A stretch of 64,000 nt of DNA from Candidatus Hydrogenedentota bacterium (GCA_963674865.2 CAXXYE010000007.1:96001-160000), one strand, 5' to 3'; shown: positions 38,789 through 49,464, counted from the first letter of the stretch. Translations and numbers: made by a program. Notes: generated from the sequence alone by a model not told the origin.

Positions 38789-40183
38789 CTATGCCTTCGC
38801 CATTCGCTCAACGCGAGTGGCTGCGCGCCGACGCTGCTCCTGCGTGACCTTCTCGTTGAAGTGATAAGGCGTGATGCCGTTTTCGTTCATCGTGAAGTCA
38901 TAGCGCCGGGCAAGTTCATCACGCGTTGGAAAGTCATCCTCGAGGCGTTCAAGCCACTGGGCGGTTTCGGATTCCAGCGCCGCCTCGACCTCTGCCGCGC
39001 TTGCGTCGCCCACCAGGTTGCGCTGTTGATAGGGGTCGGCCGCATCATCGTAGAGACACCACGCGCGATCGCGGAATCGCGCGTACGTGTGCCGCTCCGT
39101 CACCACGCCCCGCCACTCGCTGAAGGAAAATGTCTTGTAGCTCAGGTGAAAATGAATCGGCGTCGAAGAAGGCCGAGGTCCCGGTTGGCCCAAGAGCAGG
39201 TGCGGCAACGCTACACCCTCCATGCCCTTCGGCGCCGGCGCGCCGCACAAGTCCAAGAGTGTAGGCATCACATCTACCAGCCCGAACGGTGCCGACTCCG
39301 TGGCCCCTGCGGGCACATGGCCCGGCCAACGCGCGATGAACGGCACTATCACGGATTCGTGCCACGGTTTGCACTTCCAGCCTCGATTCTGACTGTAGAG
39401 CATGTCGCCGTGGTCGCTCGTGAAGACCACCAGCGTGTCATCCGCCATCTCCAGCGCATCCAACGCATCGAGGAGCCTCCCGAAGTTCCAGTCCAGGGCC
39501 GATATGTGCGCGTAATAGCCGGCGACTTTCTCCATGTCCGGGGACACGGCGTTCTTTCGCACGGCCAGGTGCTCCGCATCGTAGAGCCCGCGGAAGCGCC
39601 CGGGCACTTGATCGTAAGGGCAGTGTGGGGGAGCCCACGAAAGGAAAAGGCAGAAAGGATCACCGCGCTCGGCGGAGTCCTGGAGAAACTCGATGGCCAC
39701 ATCCGTCTGTCCCGTCGGCTCGTAATCATCGATGAAGATGGGCTCCGGCTCGTCCCGGTAGTAGTAGCCTTCCATGTAGAGGTGATTGCAGTTGGCGACG
39801 GCCCAGAAATCGAATCCCTGCCGGCGCGGGCCCGGGGGCGTGAAACCGGCGCGATCCTCGCCGTCCAGATGCCACTTCCCGACGTAGCCCGTCCGGTAGC
39901 CTTGCTCGCCCAGGACATGGGCAATCGAAGTCACATCCTGCCGAAGCTGGAGGTCGTTGGTTACCATGCCGTGCGACAGCGGATGCAGGCCCGTCAGGAT
40001 GGACGCGCGCATGGGACTGCATATCGGCGCGTTGGACACGGCCCGCGTGAAGCGCATGCCTTGCTGAGCAAACGCGTCGAGATGGGGCGTCAGAACCGGT
40101 TCTTGTCCCACGTGGCCGAGCGAAGAGGCGCGAAGCTGGTCGGCGAATACAAACAATATGTTGGGACGCGATGATCTGGACAT
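38789..40183 (-). CDS. Sulfatase (Cys-type, cytoplasmic)
   Basis: PNILFVFADQLR, CSPMRASILTG, GKWHL, SDHGD. Confidence 0.93.
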   Translation of the reverse strand: MSRSSRPNILFVFADQLRASSLGHVGQEPVLTPHLDAFAQQGMRFTRAVSNAPICSPMRASILTGLHPLSHGMVTNDLQLRQDVTSIAHVLGEQGYRTGYVGKWHLDGEDRAGFTPPGPRRQGFDFWAVANCNHLYMEGYYYRDEPEPIFIDDYEPTGQTDVAIEFLQDSAERGDPFCLFLSWAPPHCPYDQVPGRFRGLYDAEHLAVRKNAVSPDMEKVAGYYAHISALDWNFGRLLDALDALEMADDTLVVFTSDHGDMLYSQNRGWKCKPWHESVIVPFIARWPGHVPAGATESAPFGLVDVMPTLLDLCGAPAPKGMEGVALPHLLLGQPGPRPSSTPIHFHLSYKTFSFSEWRGVVTERHTYARFRDRAWCLYDDAADPYQQRNLVGDASAAEVEAALESETAQWLERLEDDFPTRDELARRYDFTMNENGITPYHFNEKVTQEQRRRAATRVERMAKA

Positions 40184-40284
40184 GGCTCTGCGGCCTTCCT
40201 CCTCTGTTTTGCGCGAGACGTGGCCCGATTATGCACGCCTCGACTACTCGCCCATCCTTGAGGTCCTCCAAACGGCGTCGGCCG

Positions 40285-41997
40285 TCATGCCGACTGCCCG
40301 GCGGCGAGGACTTCCTTCAGCGCTTCGGACACAGCGGCCCCGTTCTCCGCGCTCATGAGCCTGGTGGGAAGGTCGGGCTGTGTCATTGCTCTCGCTATCG
40401 ACGCGAGGATCTGAACCTGTATGCCCTCATCTTCCTCGGGCGTGAGGATGAGGTAGACAAAATGGGTGGCCCGGCCATCCCGTGCATCCCACTGGATCCC
40501 TTGCTTGGAGAGTCCGAACGCCACCAGCGGCTTCTCGAGCCCCTTAAGCCGCGCGTGCGGCACGGCCACGCCGTGCTCGAGGCCTGTGCCCATCACTTCT
40601 TCTCTCTGACGAACGGCCTGTGCCAGCGTCTGACGATCGACGTGCGCCGCACATTCGGCCACCTTGTCACACAGTTCTTCGATGACCTCCCAGCGCGTCC
40701 TTCCTTTCACTTCAAACGTCCCGGCGTCGCACAGCAAGAAACCGGCCACGTCCACCGCCTTCCGCCGGCGAAGGGACCACTCCAACAGCGGCCCCACAAG
40801 GAGCGAGGAAAGAAGCGAGGCAAATACAATGGCGATGAACGTGTTCTCCGTGAGCAGCCCCATCTCCAACGCCAGTATGCCCACTACGATCCCCATCGCG
40901 CCGCCGGGAGTGAAGGCGAGTCCTACGGAGATGGCGTCCGGCTTCGACATGTGAGCGAGACGAGCCCCGGCCCATGCCCCCATGAACTTCCCGCCTATGG
41001 CCACAACGGTGAAAATGACAATGAACAGCACATTCCCGCCTGCGAGAAAGTCGACTTTGATGCCGATGCCGGCAAAGAATAGAGGTACGAACACCGCGTG
41101 AATGGTTTGGGATAGCGTCTCGCGCGTGTGTTCCGAGACTTCGCTTGTATTGCCCACCATGATGCCCGCGAGGAAGAAGCCTAGGATCGCGTGAATTCCA
41201 ATCCAGTGTGTGACCGCGCCGCAAAGGACTCCCAGGCAAGCGATGAACGAGAGCATCGTCCCCGGTTTGGGAAGGCGGGACTTGATAATCCTGAGCGTGA
41301 TCGCCCCTACGATCTTGCTTCCCAACGTCATGCAGAATGCTCCGAAGAGCACGATTTCGAAAAAGACCTTGGCGAGCGCTTCAGCTCCAACGGTTGCTTC
41401 GCCCGCGAGGGCAAGCACCACGGTGAAGACCAACCACCCGAACACATCGTTCACGGCGCACGCCGAAAGACTCGTTGAGCCCAGATCGCTTTTCAATATG
41501 TCCATGTCGTGCATCAGTCTGGCCACGATGTCGATGGCCGTGATGGACGCCGCCGTGGCCAGGAATAACACCAGGATCAGGTGCTCCGCTTGGAATCTCG
41601 CGGTTTGCGTCGGGAGCCAGAAGAAGACGAGGCACCCGATCACGACAGGTACGACAACTCCAACCACCCCTATGGAAACCGCGGCCTTCCCCTGCTTCAG
41701 GACCTTGTTGACGTTTACTTCAAAGCCCGTTGCCAGGAGCAGGAACAGCACACCGAACCACGATACGGTGTCGAGCATCGTCACCTGGATGGTTTCTCTC
41801 GGAAACAGGGCGTCTTGAAGAGCGGGGGAAAGCCTTCCGAGGATCGTGGGCCCGAGCAGAATGCCCGCGGCGATCTCGCCCGCCAGCGCGGGAATGCCGC
41901 GATAGAGGCAAAGCCCCCCAAGGACTTTGGCGGCCACCAGCAAGATGAACACCTGAACGAGGAATAGCGAGATGTGCGTTTCGTCTAGGTAATGCAT
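40285..41997 (-). CDS. Cation:proton antiporter (CPA2) fused to PTS EIIA-like domain
   Basis: GEIAAGILLGP, about 13 TM, ND motif; C-terminal REEVMGTGLEHGVAVPHAR, DGRATHFVYL. Confidence 0.88.
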   Translation of the reverse strand: MHYLDETHISLFLVQVFILLVAAKVLGGLCLYRGIPALAGEIAAGILLGPTILGRLSPALQDALFPRETIQVTMLDTVSWFGVLFLLLATGFEVNVNKVLKQGKAAVSIGVVGVVVPVVIGCLVFFWLPTQTARFQAEHLILVLFLATAASITAIDIVARLMHDMDILKSDLGSTSLSACAVNDVFGWLVFTVVLALAGEATVGAEALAKVFFEIVLFGAFCMTLGSKIVGAITLRIIKSRLPKPGTMLSFIACLGVLCGAVTHWIGIHAILGFFLAGIMVGNTSEVSEHTRETLSQTIHAVFVPLFFAGIGIKVDFLAGGNVLFIVIFTVVAIGGKFMGAWAGARLAHMSKPDAISVGLAFTPGGAMGIVVGILALEMGLLTENTFIAIVFASLLSSLLVGPLLEWSLRRRKAVDVAGFLLCDAGTFEVKGRTRWEVIEELCDKVAECAAHVDRQTLAQAVRQREEVMGTGLEHGVAVPHARLKGLEKPLVAFGLSKQGIQWDARDGRATHFVYLILTPEEDEGIQVQILASIARAMTQPDLPTRLMSAENGAAVSEALKEVLAAGQSA

Positions 41998-42183
41998 CTT
42001 ATCGGTTTCCGGCCGCCGAACGATTCCTGGCCCGAGTTCCCGTAATGCACGGCAGCTGCTTGTCCAGCATCATATCCATCACTCTTGGTGCATTCAATGC
42101 TTCTGCCTCTTCGGCAGCCCGCTTGACACCTTTCCGTGCAAGGTGAAACAATCCCTCGCAAATCCAACGTGGGAGGTATGACA

Positions 42184-43443
42184 ATGCCGGCGAAAAAGAC
42201 ATCTTACAAAGAGCGGATGAAGTGGTTTCACCAGGCGCGGTTTGGCCTGTTCATTCATTGGGGCCTGTACTCCGTGCTTGGACGTGGCGAGTGGGCGATG
42301 TTTCAGGAGCGGATTCCGACGGACGAATACGCCAAGCTTGCAAATCGGTTCAATCCAAAGAAATATGATCCCAACGCATGGGCGAAGATGGCCAAGGACG
42401 CCGGTATGAAGTACGCCGTCCTCACCACGCGCCACCATGACGGTTTCTGCCTGTACGACAGCCAGGTGTCGGATTTCACCGCGCCGAAGACCGCCGCCAA
42501 ACGCGACCTTGTTGCCGAGTATGTCAAGGCTTTCAAGAAGGCGGGATTGAAGGTAGGCTTCTACTATTCCTTGCTTGACTGGCGTTTCCCCGGCTATTTC
42601 ATGCCAACCAAGTACAAGAAGAGCGCCAAGGAAATGGTGCAGCAATTCTACGACCAAGTACATGAACTGATGAGCAACTACGGCAAGATCGACGTCCTCT
42701 GGTACGACGGCGGCTGGATCGCCCACGGGAAGTACAGCAAGAATATCGCCGAGTTCTGGGATTCGGCCAAAGTCAATGCCATGGCCCGGAAGCTCCAACC
42801 CCACATCCTCATCAACAACCGCTCCGGGCTTCAGGAGGATCTCGACACGCCGGAACAGCACGTCACGGCGTCCGCGGCGGGCCGCGGCTGGGAATCCTGC
42901 ATGACCATCGGGGATTCCTGCGGCTGGGGATACATCCACAATAGCCCAAACATGAAGACAAAGACTCAATTGCTCCAGAATCTCGTCATCGCGGCCGCCG
43001 GTGAGGGCAACTACCTGCTCAACGTCGGCCCCAAGCCGGACGGCGCCATCCGCGACGAGGAGAAAGTGCGCTTGGCCGCGATGGGCAAGTGGTTGAAGAA
43101 GAACGGCGAGGCCATCTACGGCTCCGAGCGCTGCCCGCTCCACGGCGGCATGATCGGTATGTGGACTGCCAAAGGCAACACAGGCTACCTCAATGTATTT
43201 CGCTGGCCGGGCAAAGAGGCTGTTGTGCCGCTCGTGAAGACCAAGGCGAAATCCGCCGTCCTGCTCGGAAAAGGCACGAAGCTCAAGGTGCATCAGGAGC
43301 ACAATGGCCGCCTCATCATCAGCGGCTTGCCAACGGCGCCGCCCGACCCCAACATCTCAGTCATCAAGGTTCGCTTTGACGGGCCGCCGAAATCCATAGC
43401 GGAGAAAGACCGTGCGGCCTGGCTCTGCGGCGAGGCGAAGTAG
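42184..43443 (+). CDS. Alpha-L-fucosidase GH29, copy 1
   Basis: FGLFIHWGLY, TTRHHDGF, WYDGG, NNRS, LLNVGP; no signal peptide. Confidence 0.93.
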   Translation: MPAKKTSYKERMKWFHQARFGLFIHWGLYSVLGRGEWAMFQERIPTDEYAKLANRFNPKKYDPNAWAKMAKDAGMKYAVLTTRHHDGFCLYDSQVSDFTAPKTAAKRDLVAEYVKAFKKAGLKVGFYYSLLDWRFPGYFMPTKYKKSAKEMVQQFYDQVHELMSNYGKIDVLWYDGGWIAHGKYSKNIAEFWDSAKVNAMARKLQPHILINNRSGLQEDLDTPEQHVTASAAGRGWESCMTIGDSCGWGYIHNSPNMKTKTQLLQNLVIAAAGEGNYLLNVGPKPDGAIRDEEKVRLAAMGKWLKKNGEAIYGSERCPLHGGMIGMWTAKGNTGYLNVFRWPGKEAVVPLVKTKAKSAVLLGKGTKLKVHQEHNGRLIISGLPTAPPDPNISVIKVRFDGPPKSIAEKDRAAWLCGEAK

Positions 43444-43591
43444 TCGGCACGGCGTTCCCGCATACCTAGAAAAGGGTGGTGCATTATGCTGTGCCGTGTG
43501 AGTGTGTGAGAAGCTCGGGGCCGCGCCCATCCGCTTCAGCAGAGCGTCGGCCCCGGTTTGTTGTGTTACGCCGAGCGCGGGAGGAAGGATT

Positions 43592-44851
43592 ATGGCAGCC
43601 AGGAAGACGTCGTACCAAGAGCGGATGAAGTGGTTTCACCGAGCCCGATTTGGCCTCTTTATCCATTGGGGGCTCTACGCCCTGCACGGGCGAGGCGAGT
43701 GGGTTATGTATCGGGAGCGTATCCCGAAGGACGAATACGCCAAGCTCGCCAATCGCTTCAATCCGAAAAAGTACGACCCGAATGAATGGGCCGCCATGGC
43801 CAAGAGCGCGGGAATGAAATACGCCGTTCTCACCACGCGCCACCATGATGGCTTCTGTCTGTTCGACAGCCAAGTCTCGGATTTCACCGCCCCGAAGACC
43901 GCCGCCAAGCGCGATCTTGTCGCCGAGTATGTCAAGGCGTTCAAGAGGGCCGGATTGAAAGTCGGCTTCTACTATTCGCTTCACGACTGGCGTTTTCCCG
44001 GCCTTTACTCCCCCACGAAACACAAGCAGAGCGCCAAAGACCTGGTGCAGCGTTTCCACGATCAAGTCCTCGAGTTGATGACGAACTACGGCAAGATCGA
44101 TGTGCTCTGGTACGACGGCGGCATGGTTCACGAGAAGAAGTATCAGGACAAGCTCGCTGAGTTTTGGGATTCTGCGCGACTCAATGCCGAAGTGCGTAGA
44201 CGCCAGCCCCACATCCTGATCAACAACCGCTCCTTTATCCCGGAGGATCTCGATACGCCCGAGCAACACGTGACGGCGTCCGGCGCTGGCCGCGGGTGGG
44301 AATCGTGCATGACTATCGGCGATTCATGCGGCTGGGGATACATCCACAACAGCCCGAATATGAAGACGACCACTCAGTTGCTCCAGAATCTCGTCATCGC
44401 CGCGGCCGGTGAGGGGAACTACCTGCTCAACGTCGGCCCCAAGCCGGACGGTAGTATCCGCGACGAGGAGAAGAGTCGTTTGGCCGCCATGGGCAAGTGG
44501 TTGAAGAAGAATGGCGAGGCCATTTACGGCTCCGAGCGCTGTCCCCTTCACGGCGGCATGATTGGCATGTGGACTGCCAAAGGCAACACAGGCTACCTCA
44601 ACGTATTTCGCTGGCCGGGCAAGGAAGCCGTTGTGCCGCTCGTCAAGAGCAAGGCGAAGTCCGCCGTCTTGCTCGGAAAAGGCACGAAGCTCAAGGTGCA
44701 TCAGGAGCACAATGGCCGTCTGATCATCAGCGGCTTGCCCGCCGCGCCGCCCGATCCCAACATCTCCGTCATCAAGGTTCGCTTCGATGGCCCGCCGAAG
44801 GCCATGGAGGAGAAAGATCGGGCTGCATGGCTCGTCGGCAAGGCACAATAA
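43592..44851 (+). CDS. Alpha-L-fucosidase GH29, copy 2
   Basis: Same motifs; close tandem paralog of copy 1. Confidence 0.93.
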   Translation: MAARKTSYQERMKWFHRARFGLFIHWGLYALHGRGEWVMYRERIPKDEYAKLANRFNPKKYDPNEWAAMAKSAGMKYAVLTTRHHDGFCLFDSQVSDFTAPKTAAKRDLVAEYVKAFKRAGLKVGFYYSLHDWRFPGLYSPTKHKQSAKDLVQRFHDQVLELMTNYGKIDVLWYDGGMVHEKKYQDKLAEFWDSARLNAEVRRRQPHILINNRSFIPEDLDTPEQHVTASGAGRGWESCMTIGDSCGWGYIHNSPNMKTTTQLLQNLVIAAAGEGNYLLNVGPKPDGSIRDEEKSRLAAMGKWLKKNGEAIYGSERCPLHGGMIGMWTAKGNTGYLNVFRWPGKEAVVPLVKSKAKSAVLLGKGTKLKVHQEHNGRLIISGLPAAPPDPNISVIKVRFDGPPKAMEEKDRAAWLVGKAQ

Positions 44852-45160
44852 CGCACCGGCCCGAGAACCAGGAGTGGACGCCGGGCCTCCGATAACGCTT
44901 TCAGCCCTCGCCCAGTCCCGCGACAGTGCCGGAGGATAAGGCGCGGGACGCCGCTGCGGCGGTGAGAGAGGTACTGACGCAAGCGAGCGAGGAGTGGGGC
45001 GAGACAGGCTTGCCCCGTATCTTGCCCACGCTGACGTTCAAGTACCCTCGCTACACCGCCGTCGAATTTCCATCCCTCGCGCCCCCCCCCCGCCGGGACG
45101 GCACGGAATGGCTCTGCTATAATGCTTGTTGATACGAGGATAGAGAGGAGCATTTCCAGC

Positions 45161-46291
45161 ATGATTTATAAGCGGTATGGCAAACTTGGCCTGGACGTAA
45201 GCGCCGTCGGCTTCGGCGGGATGCGGTTCGACACGTCCAAGTCGATGGAAGAGAACGCGGAGCTGCTGCTCTACGCCGAGAGCAAAGGCATCAACTACTT
45301 CGACACGGCCCCCACCTATTGTGAGGATCAGAGCGAGGATATATTCGGCATTGCGCTCAAGCAGATGGCCGAGCGGCGCGATAGTTTCTACGTCTCGACA
45401 AAAGGCATGCCCAGCGACATCCACACTGCTCAAGAGGCGCGGGACGCCGTGCGTAAGTCCCTGGATCGGCTGGGCATCGACAAGATCGATTTCTACCACG
45501 TCTGGTGCATTCGCAAGATGGCCCATTACGAATCGGCCATGAAGCCCGGCGGCCAATACGAAGGGCTGCTCGCCTGCCAGGAAGAGGGCTTGATCGAGCA
45601 CATCGTCATCTCCTCACACCTGCAAGGCGGCCGGATTCGGAGCATCCTCGAGAAGGGCGAGTTCAAGGGCGTGCTGCTCGGTGTGAACATTCTCAACTCG
45701 CTGTACCGCTGGGAGGCTGTTCAGGCGGCCTACGACGCGGGAATGGGCGTTGTGGCCATGAATCCTCTATCCGGCGGCCTGATCCCTCAGCACGAAAAGG
45801 AATTCGCCTTTCTCAGCGAGGACGGCGAAACGCCCGTCGAAGCCGCGCTGCGATTCTGCATCAGTTCTCCGCAGATCACCGTGACGCTTATCGGCATTAC
45901 CACCAGGGAGCATATCGACATGGCCTGCCGCGTGGCGGAGCGCTCGACGCCGCTCACGAAGGAGGACATGGAACGCATCCGAGCCAACATATCCGGCAAT
46001 ATGGAGGCCCTATGCACCGGATGCGGCTACTGCCTCAAGTCCTGCCCCGTCGATATCCCCGTGGCCAACTACATGCAGTTCTACAACGACAAGCCGCTCT
46101 TCGGAAAGGCCGAAGAGGACATGATGAGGAGTCTGCGCGGCCAGAAAGAGTGGGGCATTCTGGCCGACCTGCCGACGACCGCCGGCGACTGCACCACCTG
46201 CGGAGCCTGCGAAGAGGCGTGCACGCAGCACCTCAATATCATTGAACGCCTCGCCGAGATTGCCAATTGGGAGACGGCCGTCGAGTCGTAG
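45161..46291 (+). CDS. Aldo/keto reductase with C-terminal 4Fe-4S domain
   Basis: VSAVGFGGMR, GINYFDTA..Y, CTGCGYC..CP, CTTCGACEEAC; TGCTATAAT extended -10 at 45115. Confidence 0.92.
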   Translation: MIYKRYGKLGLDVSAVGFGGMRFDTSKSMEENAELLLYAESKGINYFDTAPTYCEDQSEDIFGIALKQMAERRDSFYVSTKGMPSDIHTAQEARDAVRKSLDRLGIDKIDFYHVWCIRKMAHYESAMKPGGQYEGLLACQEEGLIEHIVISSHLQGGRIRSILEKGEFKGVLLGVNILNSLYRWEAVQAAYDAGMGVVAMNPLSGGLIPQHEKEFAFLSEDGETPVEAALRFCISSPQITVTLIGITTREHIDMACRVAERSTPLTKEDMERIRANISGNMEALCTGCGYCLKSCPVDIPVANYMQFYNDKPLFGKAEEDMMRSLRGQKEWGILADLPTTAGDCTTCGACEEACTQHLNIIERLAEIANWETAVES

Positions 46292-46333
46292 GCATGAGAC
46301 CGTCGTGGTGGGCGGAGGAAGGGGGCGAATACA

Positions 46334-46801
46334 ATGAAAGCGTGGCCACGGGCAAGGGGAGAGGGGGCGCCATCTGTTGCGTCTGGTGTGGCGGCACGCG
46401 CTGGCCTCGTGACGGCCATCCTGGCGCTGGGGTGCTCGTCCACGGCCCCGATAACCACGGCGCAGGATCTCGCCGCCGCGCTGCAGCGCCAGGGGATTCA
46501 ATACCAGAACCTCGAAACCTCCGATATGCCCGCCAACATGCGACATGCCCAGATTGACGAAGCGCTTGTGATGACGGGCGACGCACTACGCGTCGACATC
46601 CTACGCATCGAAGACGAACGCACGTTCAACATGATGCGTGCCAGTGTCGTGCTGCTGGGCGCCGCCGAAGCCAAAGTGGGGAAGCCTCTCCCGGGGCGCC
46701 CGGATGTCTTTGAGAAGGCGCCCTTCGTCGTTGTCGTTCGACAGGAGCCGCAAGCGGGGGCCGTCCGCGCAGCTTTGGACAAGATCTGGCCTGACTCGTG
46801 A
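46334..46801 (+). CDS. Hypothetical lipoprotein
   Basis: LALG-C lipobox; start uncertain. Confidence 0.55.
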   Translation: MKAWPRARGEGAPSVASGVAARAGLVTAILALGCSSTAPITTAQDLAAALQRQGIQYQNLETSDMPANMRHAQIDEALVMTGDALRVDILRIEDERTFNMMRASVVLLGAAEAKVGKPLPGRPDVFEKAPFVVVVRQEPQAGAVRAALDKIWPDS

Positions 46802-46938
46802 CTGAGACGCGCCTGCGCGCTTCGTAGCCATGCTGTACGCAAGTCATGGATTTCTTGCTAGCAGCAGCAGGCTGGGAGTATTCATGGGATTCTCAGAATC
46901 ATCTGTCGAATGAGGCCTTTCCCGCAGTCCCACAGGCC

Positions 46939-49464
46939 CTATTCCTCGTAATAGGGAAGAATCTCCACGAAGTTGAAACCTATTCGCTGTCCGGCTGGGC
47001 CGCCCGGCTCGGCGTCGCTCTTCCAGTCTGAGAAGGTGAGCTTGACTATCTCTCCCTCCGGGCGGAACAGGATTTGGTTGTATGTCGTGTACGGTAGATG
47101 TCCCCTCTTGGCTCCCTCGTATTCCAGGTTATAGGGGGCGAGCATGACGGAGCGAAAGCTTCCTTTCTCGACGATGCTTGCGCCCTCAAGGCGCGCCCAA
47201 GGCCCGACCTCGGCGTTGGTGAAGATGTTGTCGAGGTCGATGCCGATGAACTTCAAGGAGTAGAGCCTGCCGGGGACAAGGTCGCGCACGCGCTGCGCCA
47301 CGCGATTCGGCCCGCTGGCCGATCGGATCATCGCCACGGCCGCATCGCCGCATCCGACCTCCGCCCAGCGCCCCTGGATTCTCCCGAGTTTCGTGAAGTT
47401 AACGGGGGCCACGGCGCCTCCCTCCGCGGCTTCTACACGCCAGGAGGTCAGGCCGTCGGCAAAGTCGGGATTCTCCAGATAGGGAAGTTCGTAAGTGAAA
47501 CTCCCAAGCGGCGCTTGTTTCCCTTCAATACAGTAGTGCCGGCGGAGGGCCATCGCGTAGCGAAGCACGTCGTTGTCGGTGTAGTGGGCCGCCCATTCAA
47601 AGATGCCGTACACGCCGAACAACTGCGGATCCGTGGCCGCCACGCGGTACTGATGCTCCAAGAAGGCGAGGTAGTTGGCGCTGGGATCGACGTTCAACGA
47701 ACACCACGGCGTCGAGAAAGAGCCGAGGCAGAGCGAGAGGCGTGAATTCACACCGGGCATGACCTCTTCCCATTCCGCGAGACTGCTCACCAATTGCCTC
47801 TGAATGGCGAGCAGCGCCAACTCCTCAGTGGATTCCTCTCGGAAGTAACGCTCCCAGGCGAAGCGCCCGCCGAGGTCCGGCAGCACCTTCATGTACTCCA
47901 GGCCGGGTGGATGCTGATACGTGTTCACCACCCACGCGTAGAACGTCTTGCCCGCGAAGGAAGGTTGGGCGTACAGCCGCTTCGTGGCCTCCGTCCAAGC
48001 GGCGTAGTGCTCCGCCGAACTGCCGAGGAACTCGTCCACGATCAGCCCTGCGTAGCCGGGGCGCGTGACGACCGCATTCTTGGCCCAAACGTCATAGACG
48101 GCATCGGCCGTGGGGGCGTTCGCATCACTTAGGCCGGGCAGACTCGAATTGCTGAGCCACGTCCGGCCTTCTGCGCGCCAAGCGTCAAATTCTTCGGCTG
48201 TCATGTCATCGTGGGTGAGCAAGGTCGTACAGTTGGGGAAGACGTAGCGCTCGGCAAAGGCTTCGTCTATGGGCGGCAGTCCACGCAATACAGGGCGGGT
48301 GGGATAATAGCAGAAGGACGATTCCGGGACGGCGCGCACGTCCACCCGGGCGCCGGCCGCGTGGATAAGGCGCAACCGGTGTTTGCCCTCGCTAAGGAGA
48401 CAGAACGCTTCGAGCGCACCCGTTGTCGAGTGGGGCCGCCAAGTGAGAGGGGAAGCCCCGTCGTCAATATATGCTTCGGGATTGCCCGAAGCGCCCGCCA
48501 CGCTCACGAACACCCATCCCTCCCGGGGATTGAGAAACGACGCCCGCGCCTTCTGCCGTCGGACCTCGTTGATGACCTTCAGTTCTGTGACGAAGTTGTT
48601 CAGCACCTTGAGTTTGCGGTACTTTCCCTCCCAGTGAGGCGTGTAAGGCCACTTGAACGTCTTCTCCAGCACAAGTGGGGTCCGGTCTTCCCACCTAGGA
48701 CGCACGGTAACGCGCATTGAGTCGCCCGGCTGCGCCTTCAATTCCTCGAACACCATGACGGCCACAGGCTGGCCCACGCGATCCTTCTGAATGGTGGCCG
48801 CGCATCGCATGGGAGTTCCGCCGTTGATGCTCACTGCGCCGGACACGGGGGGCTCTTCATTGCCGCCCAAGGAAAGGGCATTTACGCCAACGATGAGCCT
48901 GCGGGCGGCCGGGACAGGCGCGCACTGGACAAGGGACTGCTCGTCCAGGTCCGGGTGGTCCGCTGTCAGGGAAACCGGTTCGCTAACCAGGCCGCCGCTT
49001 CTGCCCCAGTCGAAAACCTCGACGGCTATCAGGTTCTCGCCGCTCGGTTCGAGATACTGCGACAGTTCCAACACGACGGGCATCTTAGCCGCGGAGACAG
49101 TACCCTTGTCACCATAGGCGCCGACCTTGACGCCATTGCAGTAGACGACGCCCGCATCGTTGATGCCGCCGAGATTGAGCCAGACGGCTTTGCCTTGCAT
49201 GTCCGGGGGCAGCGTTACTCTCCTCCGATACCACGCCTTACCATCGAGATCCGCGTATCCCTGATCCTCCCATCGGACGCCCGCGCGCAGGACGGGCCAT
49301 GCGGAGTCATCGAATCCCGGTGTATGCCACCCGCTTGCCACGCCTTCCTCATTGGAATCCGGATGAAACCGCCAATCTTCGGCTAACTCCAACGCCATCT
49401 GCCCATGGGCGAAAATGATTGTCTGGAAGACCATCAGTACGCCGAGCGCAATCGCCTTGTTCAT
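46939..49464 (-). CDS. Secreted protein with GH2-type N-terminal sugar-binding domain and uncharacterised core
   Basis: Signal peptide; WEDQGY..DG.AWYRR, LGGIND..VYCNG..G, ENLIAVEV; ENPDF CBM-like C-terminus. Confidence 0.7.
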   Translation of the reverse strand: MNKAIALGVLMVFQTIIFAHGQMALELAEDWRFHPDSNEEGVASGWHTPGFDDSAWPVLRAGVRWEDQGYADLDGKAWYRRRVTLPPDMQGKAVWLNLGGINDAGVVYCNGVKVGAYGDKGTVSAAKMPVVLELSQYLEPSGENLIAVEVFDWGRSGGLVSEPVSLTADHPDLDEQSLVQCAPVPAARRLIVGVNALSLGGNEEPPVSGAVSINGGTPMRCAATIQKDRVGQPVAVMVFEELKAQPGDSMRVTVRPRWEDRTPLVLEKTFKWPYTPHWEGKYRKLKVLNNFVTELKVINEVRRQKARASFLNPREGWVFVSVAGASGNPEAYIDDGASPLTWRPHSTTGALEAFCLLSEGKHRLRLIHAAGARVDVRAVPESSFCYYPTRPVLRGLPPIDEAFAERYVFPNCTTLLTHDDMTAEEFDAWRAEGRTWLSNSSLPGLSDANAPTADAVYDVWAKNAVVTRPGYAGLIVDEFLGSSAEHYAAWTEATKRLYAQPSFAGKTFYAWVVNTYQHPPGLEYMKVLPDLGGRFAWERYFREESTEELALLAIQRQLVSSLAEWEEVMPGVNSRLSLCLGSFSTPWCSLNVDPSANYLAFLEHQYRVAATDPQLFGVYGIFEWAAHYTDNDVLRYAMALRRHYCIEGKQAPLGSFTYELPYLENPDFADGLTSWRVEAAEGGAVAPVNFTKLGRIQGRWAEVGCGDAAVAMIRSASGPNRVAQRVRDLVPGRLYSLKFIGIDLDNIFTNAEVGPWARLEGASIVEKGSFRSVMLAPYNLEYEGAKRGHLPYTTYNQILFRPEGEIVKLTFSDWKSDAEPGGPAGQRIGFNFVEILPYYEE

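Noticed and set aside
37244..40183. Radical SAM gene next to a sulfatase as an anaerobic sulfatase maturase
   Set aside because: It has an N-terminal B12-binding domain and no SPASM cysteines, so it is not anSME
41998..42180. Riboswitch upstream of the antiporter
   Set aside because: No recognisable aptamer consensus
44926..45132. Short ORF (VPEDKARDAAAAVREVL) as a pseudogene remnant
   Set aside because: No diagnostic motif or RBS; cannot be supported without a search
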